A stretch of 64,000 nt of DNA from Candidatus Brocadiia bacterium (GTDB lineage: Bacteria; Planctomycetota; Brocadiia; CAIUPP01): contig JBEKCB010000018.1 in NCBI GenBank assembly GCA_050015075.1, positions 20,461 to 84,460 of the forward strand, given 5' to 3'. Below are positions 9,452-20,248 of this stretch, in pieces (positions within the stretch are counted from its first letter, which is position 1; the number at the start of each line of letters is the position of its first letter). The notes below the pieces were generated by a model, which was not told the origin of the DNA, ran no database searches, and saw only the letters and a list, made by a program, of their open reading frames with translations. The position numbers were made by a program, and so were the translations under genes.

Positions 9452-10336
9452 ATGATGCAGGCGGCGTGCGAGAAGCAGATCCTGATCCCGGCGTTCAACA
9501 TCGCCTACCTGCCGATGACGCGGCCGGTGGCGCGGACGCTCGAACGGCTCGGGACGTTCGGGCTGGCCGAGGTGGCGATGCCGGACGTGACGCGCTTCGG
9601 CGCGAAGAGTTTCGACGCGGTCGCCGCCGAGTACCGCAAGGAGGCGAACCCGGAGTTCGTGGCGCTCCACCTCGACCACGTGCCGGTGATTGACGAGGAA
9701 CACAAGCGCCTGGATTGGGAAGCGCTGATCCGCAAGGGACTGGATCTCCGGTTCGAGTCGGTGATGCTCGACGGCTCGCGCCTGCCGCTGGAGGAGAACA
9801 TCGCGGCGGTGCGTCAGGTCGTAGAGATGTGCCACCCCAGGGTCGCCGTCGAGGCGGAGCTCGGCGCGGTGCTCGGACACGAGGCCGGGCCGATCCCGCC
9901 GTACGAGGAACTCTTCCGGACGAAGAGAGGATTCACCGACCCGGACGAGGCGCGGCGGTTCGTGAAGGAGACCGGCGTGGACTGGCTCAGCGTGGCCGTC
10001 GGCAGCATCCACGGCGCGATCACCGGCGCGGGCAAGGACCAGGCGAAAGTCGCCGCACGGCTGCACAGCGAGCATCTGCGCACGCTCCGCAAGGCCACCG
10101 GCGTGCCGCTGGTGCTCCACGGCGGATCGGGCGTGCAGAAGGAATCCGTCCTTGAGGGCATCCGCAACGGCATCGCTAAGATCAATATCGGAACCGAGAT
10201 ACGACAGGCTTACGAGAAGCCGCTGGCCGCCGGCAAGGGCGAGAAGGCCGCGCAGGAGGCGGTCGCCGCGAAGGTCGAGGAACTCATCGTCGAGGTTTAC
10301 GGCATCGCCGGCTCGCGGGCGAAGCTGTGCGGATGA
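9452..10336 (+). CDS. class II fructose/tagatose-bisphosphate aldolase family protein
   Basis: Start MMQAACEKQILIPAFNIAY, with LHLDH and LHGGSG zinc-aldolase motifs. The upstream part of the ORF (from 9275) lies inside the repeat hairpin and is not coding. Confidence 0.75.
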   Translation: MMQAACEKQILIPAFNIAYLPMTRPVARTLERLGTFGLAEVAMPDVTRFGAKSFDAVAAEYRKEANPEFVALHLDHVPVIDEEHKRLDWEALIRKGLDLRFESVMLDGSRLPLEENIAAVRQVVEMCHPRVAVEAELGAVLGHEAGPIPPYEELFRTKRGFTDPDEARRFVKETGVDWLSVAVGSIHGAITGAGKDQAKVAARLHSEHLRTLRKATGVPLVLHGGSGVQKESVLEGIRNGIAKINIGTEIRQAYEKPLAAGKGEKAAQEAVAAKVEELIVEVYGIAGSRAKLCG

Positions 10337-10342
10337 ACTCCC

Positions 10343-10425
10343 AATCGTCCTCGTCCTCGCTCTCGTCCTCGTCCTCGAACGGTAGGTCATAACGGCCGAG
10401 GCGGAGGACGACGACGAGGACGATC
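10343..10425. repeat. GTC/GAC-rich hairpin (hairpin-only copy of the cassette; probable terminator between the aldolase gene and murJ)
   Basis: cgtcctcgtcctcgctctcgtcctcgtcctcgaacgg...ccgaggcggaggacgacgacgaggacg. Confidence 0.7.
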
Positions 10426-10446
10426 GAGGCGCAATCGGCGTTATAG

Positions 10447-12045
10447 ATGCCTGAAAAACACGACATTCTTCCCGGCATGCTCAAGACCGGCGCGGGGACA
10501 TTGGCCAGCCGGATTCTGGGGCTTCTGCGCGAGGTGTTCACCACGCGCTTTTTCGGCGCCGGCCCCGCGTTCGATATGTTCGTCATCGCCTTCCGCGTGC
10601 CGAACCTCTTTCGTGCGCTCTTCGGCGAGGGCGCGTTGAACGCGTCGTTCATCCCGGTCTTCACGCGCGAGGGGCTCGATCCGGCGGGCGATGCGCGGCG
10701 GCTGCTCAACGCCGTCATGACGGCGCTCGCCGCGCTGCTGATGGGCATCACCTGCCTGGGCTGGCTGATCTGCGGCATCGCCCTGCTCTCCGGCCGCCTG
10801 CCGCCCAACGGCAAGCTGTTCTGCCTGCTGCTGATGATCCTGCTGCCGTACCTTCCGCTCATCTGCCTCACCGCGCTGCAGGGCGCCGCGCTGAACGTGA
10901 AAGGGCATTTCCTCCGGCCCGCGTTCGCGCCGACGATCATGAACATCTGCTGGATCGGCGCGATTGTCCTGCTGCGGTTTTGGCACGTCAAGGACTTGAG
11001 CCTGGGCGCCACCGCGCTCGCGGTCGGAGTGCTGATTTCGGGCGGGCTCCAGTTCGCCTATCAGGCGATGATGCTGCGCCGCTGCAAGCTCCATTTTCGG
11101 CTGGTCTGGGACCTGGCGCATCCGGGCCTGCGGCAGATCGTTCACCTGACGCTCCCGGTGGCGCTGGGAGTGGGCGTCATCCAGGTCAACACGTTCGTGG
11201 ATTCGCTCTTTGCGCAGTTCTGCGTGCGGGATGCGGGCGCCAACAGCGCGCTGTGGTATGGCAACAACCTGATGCAATTTCCGCTGGGCGTGCTGGGTAC
11301 CGCGCTGGCGACGGCGGTGCTTCCGGCGCTGGCGCACCACGAGGCCGTGGGCGACCGCAAGTCGTTCGTGGACGCCATCGGCCTGTCGCTCCGGACGGCG
11401 TTCTTCGTCTCGCTTCCCTGCGTCGCCGCCACGGTCGCGCTCAGCGCGCCGATCGTGCGGGTGCTCTATGAGGGCGGGCGGTTTACGCCTGAATCCACGG
11501 CGCGGACGGCGGCGGTCTTCCTCTGTTTCACCGCGGGCCTGTGGGCGTTCTGCGCCATCCAGGTGCTGGCGCGCGCGTTCTACGCTCAGCAGGACGTGCG
11601 CGCGCCCAGGCGGATTGCGGTCATGATGGTCGGCGCAAACTTCGTCCTGAACGCGATTTTGGTCTGGCCGATGCGCGAGGCGGGACTGGCGCTGTCGAGC
11701 AGCATCTGCGGGGTCGGGAACATGGTGCTGCTGTGGATACACCTGAGAAAGAAGATCGGTCCGATCGGCGGGCGCGCTGTGGCGGCCAGCGCGGTGAAGT
11801 CCGCCGTCGCCGCCGCGATCGCAGGGCTCGCCGGGTACGGCGCATTTTACGGAACTCTGCGAGCGGCCGGCGGGCCGGCGATGACCTCGCCGCGGGCCTG
11901 GCCTCAACTCCTGGCGCTCTCGTGCGGCCTGGCCGCCGTGTGCGCGGTCTTCCTGCTGGCGGCGTGGGCGCTGCGCGCGACGGAACTGAGCGAGTTCCTC
12001 CAGTCCCTCCGCCGGAAGAAAGACCGGGCGCCTTCGGACGGCTGA
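10447..12045 (+). CDS. murJ: lipid II flippase MurJ/MviN
   Basis: 532 aa with 14 TM helices and a MurJ N-terminal signature (LASRILGLLREV...FGAGPAFDMFVIAFRVPNLFRALFGEGALNASFIPVF). Confidence 0.85.
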   Translation: MPEKHDILPGMLKTGAGTLASRILGLLREVFTTRFFGAGPAFDMFVIAFRVPNLFRALFGEGALNASFIPVFTREGLDPAGDARRLLNAVMTALAALLMGITCLGWLICGIALLSGRLPPNGKLFCLLLMILLPYLPLICLTALQGAALNVKGHFLRPAFAPTIMNICWIGAIVLLRFWHVKDLSLGATALAVGVLISGGLQFAYQAMMLRRCKLHFRLVWDLAHPGLRQIVHLTLPVALGVGVIQVNTFVDSLFAQFCVRDAGANSALWYGNNLMQFPLGVLGTALATAVLPALAHHEAVGDRKSFVDAIGLSLRTAFFVSLPCVAATVALSAPIVRVLYEGGRFTPESTARTAAVFLCFTAGLWAFCAIQVLARAFYAQQDVRAPRRIAVMMVGANFVLNAILVWPMREAGLALSSSICGVGNMVLLWIHLRKKIGPIGGRAVAASAVKSAVAAAIAGLAGYGAFYGTLRAAGGPAMTSPRAWPQLLALSCGLAAVCAVFLLAAWALRATELSEFLQSLRRKKDRAPSDG

Positions 12046-12085
12046 GCGATTGCGGGTCGGAAAATCTGATGGAGAGGAGATGACC

Positions 12086-13096
12086 ATGAAGCGAACCCTG
12101 CTCACGACCGCGGCCGCCGCGTGGGTCGCCGTCTCCCTTGCCGCATGCCGGACCGCGCCGAGCCACCCGCCTTCGTTCAAGGAGTTGCTCGGGTTGACGG
12201 CGGTGAAAGGCTCGCAGCTTCCGGCCGCGGCGAAAATGAAGATGTTGCAGGAGCTTCACCAGGCCATACAGTTCACGCCGGCGGAACTGCGGAAAATTCA
12301 GGACAGCGGCGATGTCCGCCTGATGGCCGGAGCGCTCGCGGTCACCGACGGCGAGAACCTGCTCGCGCCGGCGCTTCTGAGCCTGGCCCTTTCGAAAGCG
12401 CCGGACGATCCCGCGCTGCTGGCCGTTCTTGCGTACCGGGCGACTTTTTTTCAGCAGCAGCGGGAAATGCCCGAATCGGAGTTTCTGGATGCCCTGGACC
12501 GATGGCGGAAACTGGAGCCGGAAAACTCAGTCCCTTATTACCTCGAGGCGGCGTGGCGGGTGAATGAAAAGAAGTTCGGGGACGCCGCCCGGGCGCTGGC
12601 CGAGGCGAGCCGCCATCCGAAATTCGACTCGTACTGCGCGGCGCTGCGACTGGACGTCGTCGCCGCGGGCGATTTCGCCGACTATCCGAAATTCACCGCG
12701 CGCTACCTGGCCCTCACTTTTCCCGGCGAGGCGCCTTTCGCCAATGCCGCCTGGCGTTGCCTGGATTGGCAAGGCGCGAACGAGCAGGTGGCGCGCGACT
12801 GCATCGTCCTCGGCAAGCGCCTGGAGGCCGAAAAAACGCTCCTGGTCGGCGAGTTGATGGGCCTGACGCTGCAGTCGGCGGCCATGACGAGATTCGCTCA
12901 AACCGGCAGCGCGGCGGAGTTGAAACGCGTCCTGGAACGCGCGAAACGGATCAGGGAGATCGGCGACCGGATGAACGCCCTGTCAGAGCGCATACCCGAG
13001 AAGCGCTTCGTCGCGTTCCTGGACGAAGGGCTTGCCGGATCCGAGGCCGCGGCGGACGAGAAGCTCATTGCGGAATATGGAGATTCCTCGAAGTGA
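12086..13096 (+). CDS. hypothetical lipoprotein (signal peptide + LAAC lipobox), alpha-helical
   Basis: MKRTLLTTAAAAWVAVSLAAC... with a GGAGAGGAG RBS. No recognisable catalytic motif. Confidence 0.55.
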   Translation: MKRTLLTTAAAAWVAVSLAACRTAPSHPPSFKELLGLTAVKGSQLPAAAKMKMLQELHQAIQFTPAELRKIQDSGDVRLMAGALAVTDGENLLAPALLSLALSKAPDDPALLAVLAYRATFFQQQREMPESEFLDALDRWRKLEPENSVPYYLEAAWRVNEKKFGDAARALAEASRHPKFDSYCAALRLDVVAAGDFADYPKFTARYLALTFPGEAPFANAAWRCLDWQGANEQVARDCIVLGKRLEAEKTLLVGELMGLTLQSAAMTRFAQTGSAAELKRVLERAKRIREIGDRMNALSERIPEKRFVAFLDEGLAGSEAAADEKLIAEYGDSSK

Positions 13097-13243
13097 CCGG
13101 GACTCGCCGGGCCCGGCCGCGCGGCGCGCCGACACGAGGAGCGTCGGCCGGTTCCTGGGCGCGGACTGGTTCCGGGAACCGGCGCTCGGTCGCGATGGGG
13201 TGTGCCGTGGACGAAGCGGGATTGTGTCGTTCGAGGGAGAGCG

Positions 13244-13444
13244 TTACTCGGCTTCGATCATGGCCGCCTGATCGGGTTCGGACTCCATGTCCATTTCCAG
13301 GTCGTTCTCTTCCTGGAAACTCTCCAGCAGTTCCTTCTCGATCTCCTGCCGCTGCTTCAGAATGAGCTTCTGGTAGCGCTCCTTCAGAAGCGGCAGCCGC
13401 GCGGTCCTCGATCTCTTGTTCGACATCTGAGCCTTCGCGATCAT
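13244..13444 (-). CDS. small acidic hypothetical protein (66 aa)
   Basis: High GC3 consistent with coding: MIAKAQMSNKRSRTARLPLLKERYQK...EENDLEMDMESEPDQAAMIEAE. Function unknown. Confidence 0.4.
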   Translation of the reverse strand: MIAKAQMSNKRSRTARLPLLKERYQKLILKQRQEIEKELLESFQEENDLEMDMESEPDQAAMIEAE

Positions 13445-13773
13445 GCTTGCGCCTTCTCCTTCAATAGGGCTGTCCGGGTTAGAGCCATCCGCGGTGCAAC
13501 TGCAGGCATCAAAGGGGCGAATTATACCATCGGAAACTGCCTTGTCAACCCTAATTCGACAGAATTTTGAAAATATTCAGCGGCCCGCCCGTTCGACCAT
13601 GCTCAGGGCGGCCCTGAGCGAAAGTCGAAGGGCCGCCCGCGCCGCCGCCGGTTGTCTCGGTTTTCGCGCCGTGCTATGATTGCGTTCGACCTGATATCAC
13701 AAGGGCGGGACGCGTTTGAAGAGGCATTCCAGCCGGGCGCCGGCGGACTGAAACAGGCACAGGAGCTCGCACC

Positions 13774-14799
13774 ATGAAACTGACCGTCGCGGAAGTGAGC
13801 CGCCTTGTAGGCGGCGAGTTGATCGGACCGGGCGAAGCGATCGTCGAGCGCGTGGCCGGCCTGTCGCAGGCCGGGCCGGGCGACATCACCTTCGCGAAGC
13901 GCGAGAACCTCAAGGCGGCGGCCGCCAGCCGCGCGACCGCCGTGCTGGTCCCGGAGCGCGTCGCCGGAATGGCCGCGGCGCAGATCGTCGTCGCGAACCC
14001 GCACTTCGCCTTCGGGGTGCTGCTCGCCCTCGTGGAGAAGGAGCAGCGCGCGCACCCGGCCGGCATTCACCCGTCGGCGGTCCTCGGAGCGGGCGTCCGG
14101 CTGGGGAAGGACGTCGGGCTCGGCGCGCACGCGGTCCTCGGCGACGGCTGCGTTCTCGGCGACCGGACCGTCATTTATCCGAACAGCACCCTGGGCGCGC
14201 ATTGCTCCGTCGGGTCGGATTCGATCATTTACTCCAACGTCGCCATCCGCGAGTGCGTGAGCCTCGGGAGCCGGACGATCATCCACAGCGGCTGCTCGAT
14301 CGGCGGCGACGGCTTCGGCTACCTCCAGGTCGAAGGCCGCCACGTGAAGGTGCCGCAGGTGGGCACGGTCGAGATCGGCGACGACGTCGAGATCGGCTGC
14401 AACTGCACCGTGGACCGCGCGACGATGGACAAGACGATCATCGAGAACGGCGTGAAGATAGACAACCACAGCCACATCGCGCACAATTGCCGGATCGGGG
14501 CGAACTCGATGCTGATCGCCTACGCGCGCATGGGCGGCAGCACGGTGCTGGGCCGGAACGTGCTGCTCGCCGAGGACGTGGGACTCACGAACGGGATTAC
14601 GCTCGGCGACCGCTGCATTGTCGGGGCCTGCTCCAAGGTCTCCCGTTCCTGGCCGGCCGACTCCGTCATCCTCGGCGCGCCCGCGCAGCGCATACAGGAC
14701 GAGAAACGCCAGATCGTGATGATCAAGAAACTCTCGCGGCTCTACGAGATGATGCGGGAGTTGAAGAGAAGCGTTCAGGGCGGGAAAACGGAAGACTGA
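13774..14799 (+). CDS. lpxD: UDP-3-O-(3-hydroxyacyl)glucosamine N-acyltransferase
   Basis: 341 aa with an N-terminal LpxD domain and left-handed beta-helix hexapeptide repeats. Confidence 0.85.
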   Translation: MKLTVAEVSRLVGGELIGPGEAIVERVAGLSQAGPGDITFAKRENLKAAAASRATAVLVPERVAGMAAAQIVVANPHFAFGVLLALVEKEQRAHPAGIHPSAVLGAGVRLGKDVGLGAHAVLGDGCVLGDRTVIYPNSTLGAHCSVGSDSIIYSNVAIRECVSLGSRTIIHSGCSIGGDGFGYLQVEGRHVKVPQVGTVEIGDDVEIGCNCTVDRATMDKTIIENGVKIDNHSHIAHNCRIGANSMLIAYARMGGSTVLGRNVLLAEDVGLTNGITLGDRCIVGACSKVSRSWPADSVILGAPAQRIQDEKRQIVMIKKLSRLYEMMRELKRSVQGGKTED

Positions 14800-14807
14800 C
14801 CCTTACG

Positions 14808-14880
14808 AATTGCGGATTGGGGAATGCGGACTGCGGATTAGCGTGCCGGCTTTCGCCGTCCACTCCGCACTCCCTAGTCC
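14808..14880. repeat. palindromic element with TGCGGA(T/C)T tandem-unit arms between the convergent lpxD and STAS genes
   Basis: aattgcggattggggaatgcggactgcggatt ... ccgtccactccgcactcc (the reverse complement resembles the left arm). Confidence 0.6.
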
Positions 14881-15383
14881 GGTCCCTTCATCCCGCGCTG
14901 CTTCATCTCCAGCTCCAGCGCGGCGACGAACGGGCGGAAGATCTCCTCGTTGCGGTCGTTGATCTTCATCAGGTGCTCGTGCGCGGCATGGACGCACGCC
15001 AGGCGTTCCTTTTCGCCGCGTTGTTCCTCGAGCCGGACGAATTCCAGCGCCGGCGTCTCGAACGGCTCCGACTCGACGAAAATCAACTCCGTGAGCCCCA
15101 CATTTTTCAACAGTTGCAGCAGCGGCGCGGAGACGTTGACCGCGGCGATACCGGGCGTCTTGTCGTTCTGCTCGAAGGTGGCCGCGCCGGCGAGCACGCC
15201 CATGAACGTGCTGTCCATGCCGGTGCAATCGCCCAGGTCCACGACGATGAAACTCCGTCCCGCGGCGAGCAGGCCTTCCATGAAGGTGCGCAGGCACAGG
15301 CAGTTGCTCATCGTCGCCAGTCCGTGCACGCGCACATAGACGGCGCGCGTGCCGGTGGCGACTTCGTAATACCCGCCTTGCAT
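14874..15383 (-). CDS. STAS-domain protein (anti-sigma-factor antagonist-like)
   Basis: From MQGGYYEVATGTRAVYVRVHGLATMSNCLCLRTFMEG...FIVVDLGDCTGMDSTFMGVL. The ORF part upstream of 15383 overlaps csaA in another frame and is rejected. Confidence 0.5.
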   Translation of the reverse strand: MQGGYYEVATGTRAVYVRVHGLATMSNCLCLRTFMEGLLAAGRSFIVVDLGDCTGMDSTFMGVLAGAATFEQNDKTPGIAAVNVSAPLLQLLKNVGLTELIFVESEPFETPALEFVRLEEQRGEKERLACVHAAHEHLMKINDRNEEIFRPFVAALELEMKQRGMKGPD

Positions 15384-15426
15384 CACAACCAAATCCGAAT
15401 CTCCGCAAACGCCGAGCCAGCAGGCG

Positions 15427-15747
15427 CTATGAGACGCGAGAACCGGGCGCCGCCTGGCCATCCGGCCGGAGCACCAGCACCTTCGGCCCGTCCTGCGCCG
15501 CCAGCAGCATGCCCTGGCTCTCCACTCCGCGCAGCACGGCCGGTTCCAGGTTCGCCACGACGACGATCGTCGAGCCCAGGAGCTGCTCGGGCGTGTAATA
15601 CGCCCGCAGACCGGCGACGATCTGCCGCTCCGTGCCCCCCAGATCAATTTTGAGCACGTACAGCTTGTCGGCGTTAGGATGGTTCTCGACGGAAAGGACC
15701 TTCGCGACGCGGAGGTCCAGCTTTTGAAATTCTGCGAATGGGATCAT
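15427..15747 (-). CDS. csaA: tRNA-binding protein (CsaA/EMAP-like OB fold)
   Basis: 106 aa: DLRVAKVLSVENHPNADKLYVLKIDLGGTERQIVAGLRAYY, a typical tRNA-binding domain. Confidence 0.7.
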   Translation of the reverse strand: MIPFAEFQKLDLRVAKVLSVENHPNADKLYVLKIDLGGTERQIVAGLRAYYTPEQLLGSTIVVVANLEPAVLRGVESQGMLLAAQDGPKVLVLRPDGQAAPGSRVS

Positions 15748-15894
15748 TTTGCTCCCCTCCGAACGCGCGCGACCAAGCGAATCGGAATCAGCCTACCAGA
15801 AACGCCGCCGCCTTCGCAACGCAGAACAGCGCGCAATTTCCCACTCTCCGCGGCGCCGGGCGCAGCGCTGTAAACCGTGCAAGGCTGGCTGACC

Positions 15895-17244
15895 TCAGCG
15901 CGGATTCCGCTTCGGCCCGCCGACGAGGAACAGGTACAAGTCCATGACGTTCGTGCCGGTCGGCCCGGTCATCAGCAGGTCGCCGAGCGGCTGGAAGAAA
16001 TGGTACGAGTCGTTGCGGGCCAGGAAATCCGCCGCGCTGAGGCCGAGTCCAGCGGCGCGGTCGCACGTCGCGCCGTCGGCCAGGGCGCCGGCCGCGTCGG
16101 TCGGGCCGTCGGTCCCGTCGGTGCCGCCGGCGAGGATGGCCACGCCTTCCAGCCCGCGCGCGGCGAGGGCGGCGGCGAGCGCGAACTCCTGGTTTCGGCC
16201 GCCGAGCCCGCTCCCGCGGAGCGTGACGGTGGTCTCGCCGCCGGCGATCAGGCAGGCCGGCGGCGCGACGGGCCGGCCGCTCGCCAGCGACTCGCGCGCG
16301 ATGGCCACGCACACGCGCGCCACTTCGCGGGCCTCGCCCTCGATCGTGGACGAGAGCACCAGCGGGCGATAGCCGAGTTCGCGGGCCTTCCGGGCGCAGG
16401 CGGCGACGGAGGCGGCGTTGTTCGCGATGAGCAGGTTGCGGACCTTCGCGAAGATCGGGTCGCCGGGCTTCGGCGTCTCGGGTTTCGCACCGGCCGCGCC
16501 GGCGCGCAGATGCTCCAGCACGCCTCGCGGCGCGCGGGACTCGATGCCGTACTTGCTCAACACGGCCAGCGCGTCGGCGAAGGTGGTGCTGTCCGGCGCC
16601 GACGGCCCCGACGCGATGGCGTCGAGCGGGTCGCCGACGACGTCGGAGAGGATCAGCGCGACGACCTCGGCCGGCTGCGCCGCTTGCGCGAATCGCCCGC
16701 CCTTCAACTGCGACAGATGCTTGCGCACGGTGTTGATTTCGCGGATGTCCGCGCCGCACGCCAGGAGCGCCTGCGTGACCGCCTGCTTGTCCGCCAGCGA
16801 CACGCCTTCAACCGGCAGCGGCATCAGCGCCGAGCCGCCGCCGCTCAGGCACAGCAGCACCAGGTCGCCTGCGCCGGCCGATTCGAGGATCTTGACGATC
16901 TCGCGCGCGCCGCCCAGTCCGGCTTCGTCCGGCACCGGATGCCCGGCCTCATGGACATGAATCCGCCGCAGCGGTTTCTCCGCGGCGGCCGACTTGACGT
17001 TGATCCAGCCGCCGGCGATTCGGTCGCCGAGGATTTCCTCCAGCGCGCCGGCCATCCGCGCCGACGCCTTGCCCGCGCCGACGACAAAAATATTCCGCAC
17101 CTTCGTCAGGTCCCAGGAGTAATCGCCGAGCCGCAGCTTCCGCCCGCGCCGGACCACGTGGCGCCGGACCGCGTCAACCGGGTCGGCCGCCGCGAGCCCG
17201 GCCTTGAAGATTGCGAGGATATCCCTGCGCGCGCGCTTGTCCAT
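15895..17244 (-). CDS. glycerate kinase (MOFRL family, GckA/TtuD-like)
   Basis: Start MDKRARRDILAIFKAGLAAADP; MOFRL-family motifs throughout. Confidence 0.8.
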   Translation of the reverse strand: MDKRARRDILAIFKAGLAAADPVDAVRRHVVRRGRKLRLGDYSWDLTKVRNIFVVGAGKASARMAGALEEILGDRIAGGWINVKSAAAEKPLRRIHVHEAGHPVPDEAGLGGAREIVKILESAGAGDLVLLCLSGGGSALMPLPVEGVSLADKQAVTQALLACGADIREINTVRKHLSQLKGGRFAQAAQPAEVVALILSDVVGDPLDAIASGPSAPDSTTFADALAVLSKYGIESRAPRGVLEHLRAGAAGAKPETPKPGDPIFAKVRNLLIANNAASVAACARKARELGYRPLVLSSTIEGEAREVARVCVAIARESLASGRPVAPPACLIAGGETTVTLRGSGLGGRNQEFALAAALAARGLEGVAILAGGTDGTDGPTDAAGALADGATCDRAAGLGLSAADFLARNDSYHFFQPLGDLLMTGPTGTNVMDLYLFLVGGPKRNPR

Positions 17245-17364
17245 TGCCCGCCTCTCTCCATTTCGCCCAGGATTATAGGTGCACCGCGTCCGGCCGGTCA
17301 AACGATGGACAAGACGGAAACGACGTGTTACGATCCGTCATCGTGATCATGATTGAGGCCGCAC

Positions 17365-19041
<1,677 letters not shown>

Positions 19042-19164
19042 TGAATGATGAGCGGCGGGGAAAGCGGCGCTGGTCCGGCGCGGCACAGACGGCGTCAAAT
19101 ATGGTATGATGCGATCGGGAGGAGTTTCAGAGAACCTCCTCGCGGCGAGGCGAAAGGATCGAGA

Positions 19165-19545
19165 ATGGGCCTGACCAATGTGACGGCCGAGGTGGCGAAT
19201 CCGTTTGACTTGAAGCGGAAAAAGATGCTGACCTTTCTTGTGGATTCCGGGGCGGTCTACTCGGTGATCCCGTCTGCGCAACTCAAGGCGCTGGGCATTG
19301 CCAGCACCGGCCAGCGGACGTTCTTTCTCGCCAACGGGCAGCCTGTCAAGCGCCGCACGGGAGAAGCGCGCATCAAACTGAACGCGGACTCGGCCACCTG
19401 CGTGGTGCTCTTCGGCGAGAAAGGCGACAGCACTCTTCTCGGTGTGACCACGCTGGAGAACCTCGGGTTGATATTCGATCCCATCCGCCAGAAACTCATG
19501 TCTCTGCCGATGCTCATAGCCGATGTGCGGAGATACTTCCGCTGA
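19165..19545 (+). CDS. retropepsin-like aspartic protease family protein
   Basis: Start MGLTNVTAEV; catalytic-motif context LVDSGAVYSVIP (D-S-G-A). Confidence 0.55.
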   Translation: MGLTNVTAEVANPFDLKRKKMLTFLVDSGAVYSVIPSAQLKALGIASTGQRTFFLANGQPVKRRTGEARIKLNADSATCVVLFGEKGDSTLLGVTTLENLGLIFDPIRQKLMSLPMLIADVRRYFR

Positions 19546-19594
19546 CGGCCAGGAAGCGGTGAAGCTTCTTTGTCCCTCGTCATGCCTGAAACAC

Positions 19595-20170
19595 ATGAAA
19601 AACCGATGCGAATGGGGCGTCAGCGATCCGCTGTATGTGAAGTACCACGACCGCGAATGGGGAACGCCTCTGCATGACGATCACGGGCTTTTCGAGTTCC
19701 TGGTTCTGGAGGGCGCGCAAGCGGGGCTGAGCTGGCTGACCATCCTCCGGAAACGCGACAACTATCGCAAGGCGTTCGACCGGTTCGATCCGCAGAAGGT
19801 CGCGCGCTATTCGGCGGCGGATGTCCGGCGCCTTCGTGCCGACCCCGGCATTGTGCGCAATCGCCTGAAGATCGAATCGGCCATTCGAAACGCGCGGTGC
19901 GCGCTCGCCGCCGCTGACGAGTTCGGCTCCTTCGACTCCTTCATCTGGCGCTACGTGGACCACCAGCCTCGGCAGAATGCCTGGCGCACGCTGGCCGAAC
20001 TGCCGGCCAGAACCGCGCTCTCCGACAGGATGAGTAAAGAGTTGAAGAAGCGGGGATTCAGCTTCGCGGGCTCGACGATCTGCTACGCCTTCATGCAGGC
20101 GGTCGGGATGGTGAACGACCACGTCGTGGGCTGCTTCCGGCATGAGGAACTGAAGAAGATGGCCCGATAA
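19595..20170 (+). CDS. tag: DNA-3-methyladenine glycosylase I
   Basis: MKNRCEWGVSDPLYVKYHDREWGTPLHDD...GSTICYAFMQAVGMVNDH, a Tag signature. Confidence 0.85.
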   Translation: MKNRCEWGVSDPLYVKYHDREWGTPLHDDHGLFEFLVLEGAQAGLSWLTILRKRDNYRKAFDRFDPQKVARYSAADVRRLRADPGIVRNRLKIESAIRNARCALAAADEFGSFDSFIWRYVDHQPRQNAWRTLAELPARTALSDRMSKELKKRGFSFAGSTICYAFMQAVGMVNDHVVGCFRHEELKKMAR

Positions 20171-20248
20171 GGCAAAACGAGCATTTCCCTTTCGTACAAT
20201 TCCTGGCACAGCAACGATTAATGATTCGCCCGCACAGCTAGCGGATTA

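Noticed and set aside
9412-9693. A 93-aa ORF (MGRLTSEETLCRHNDAGG...) starting inside repeat copy 2; a possible leader peptide.
   Set aside because: It is out of frame with the aldolase gene and overlaps it for 240 nt. Its composition is RG-rich. It is more likely non-coding leader sequence. A short leader peptide cannot be excluded, but it cannot be supported.
8492-10425. The possibility that the GTC/GAC tandem repeats form a CRISPR array or encode a poly-Asp/Glu peptide.
   Set aside because: The repeats are arranged as inverted arms of a hairpin with no unique spacers and no cas genes. The in-frame D/E-rich readings (8441-8704 minus, 10152-10385 plus) lack starts with an RBS and overlap real genes.
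13445-13773. A 330-bp intergenic region with a GC-rich hairpin (ggcccgccc...gggcggccc); a possible small RNA.
   Set aside because: No conserved structure is recognisable. It is probably the divergent promoter region for the small ORF and lpxD.
14874-15647. A full 257-aa ORF as one gene.
   Set aside because: The N-terminal 88 aa are Arg/Trp/Cys-rich and overlap the csaA gene in another frame. Only the STAS-like C-terminal part (from 15383) is retained.
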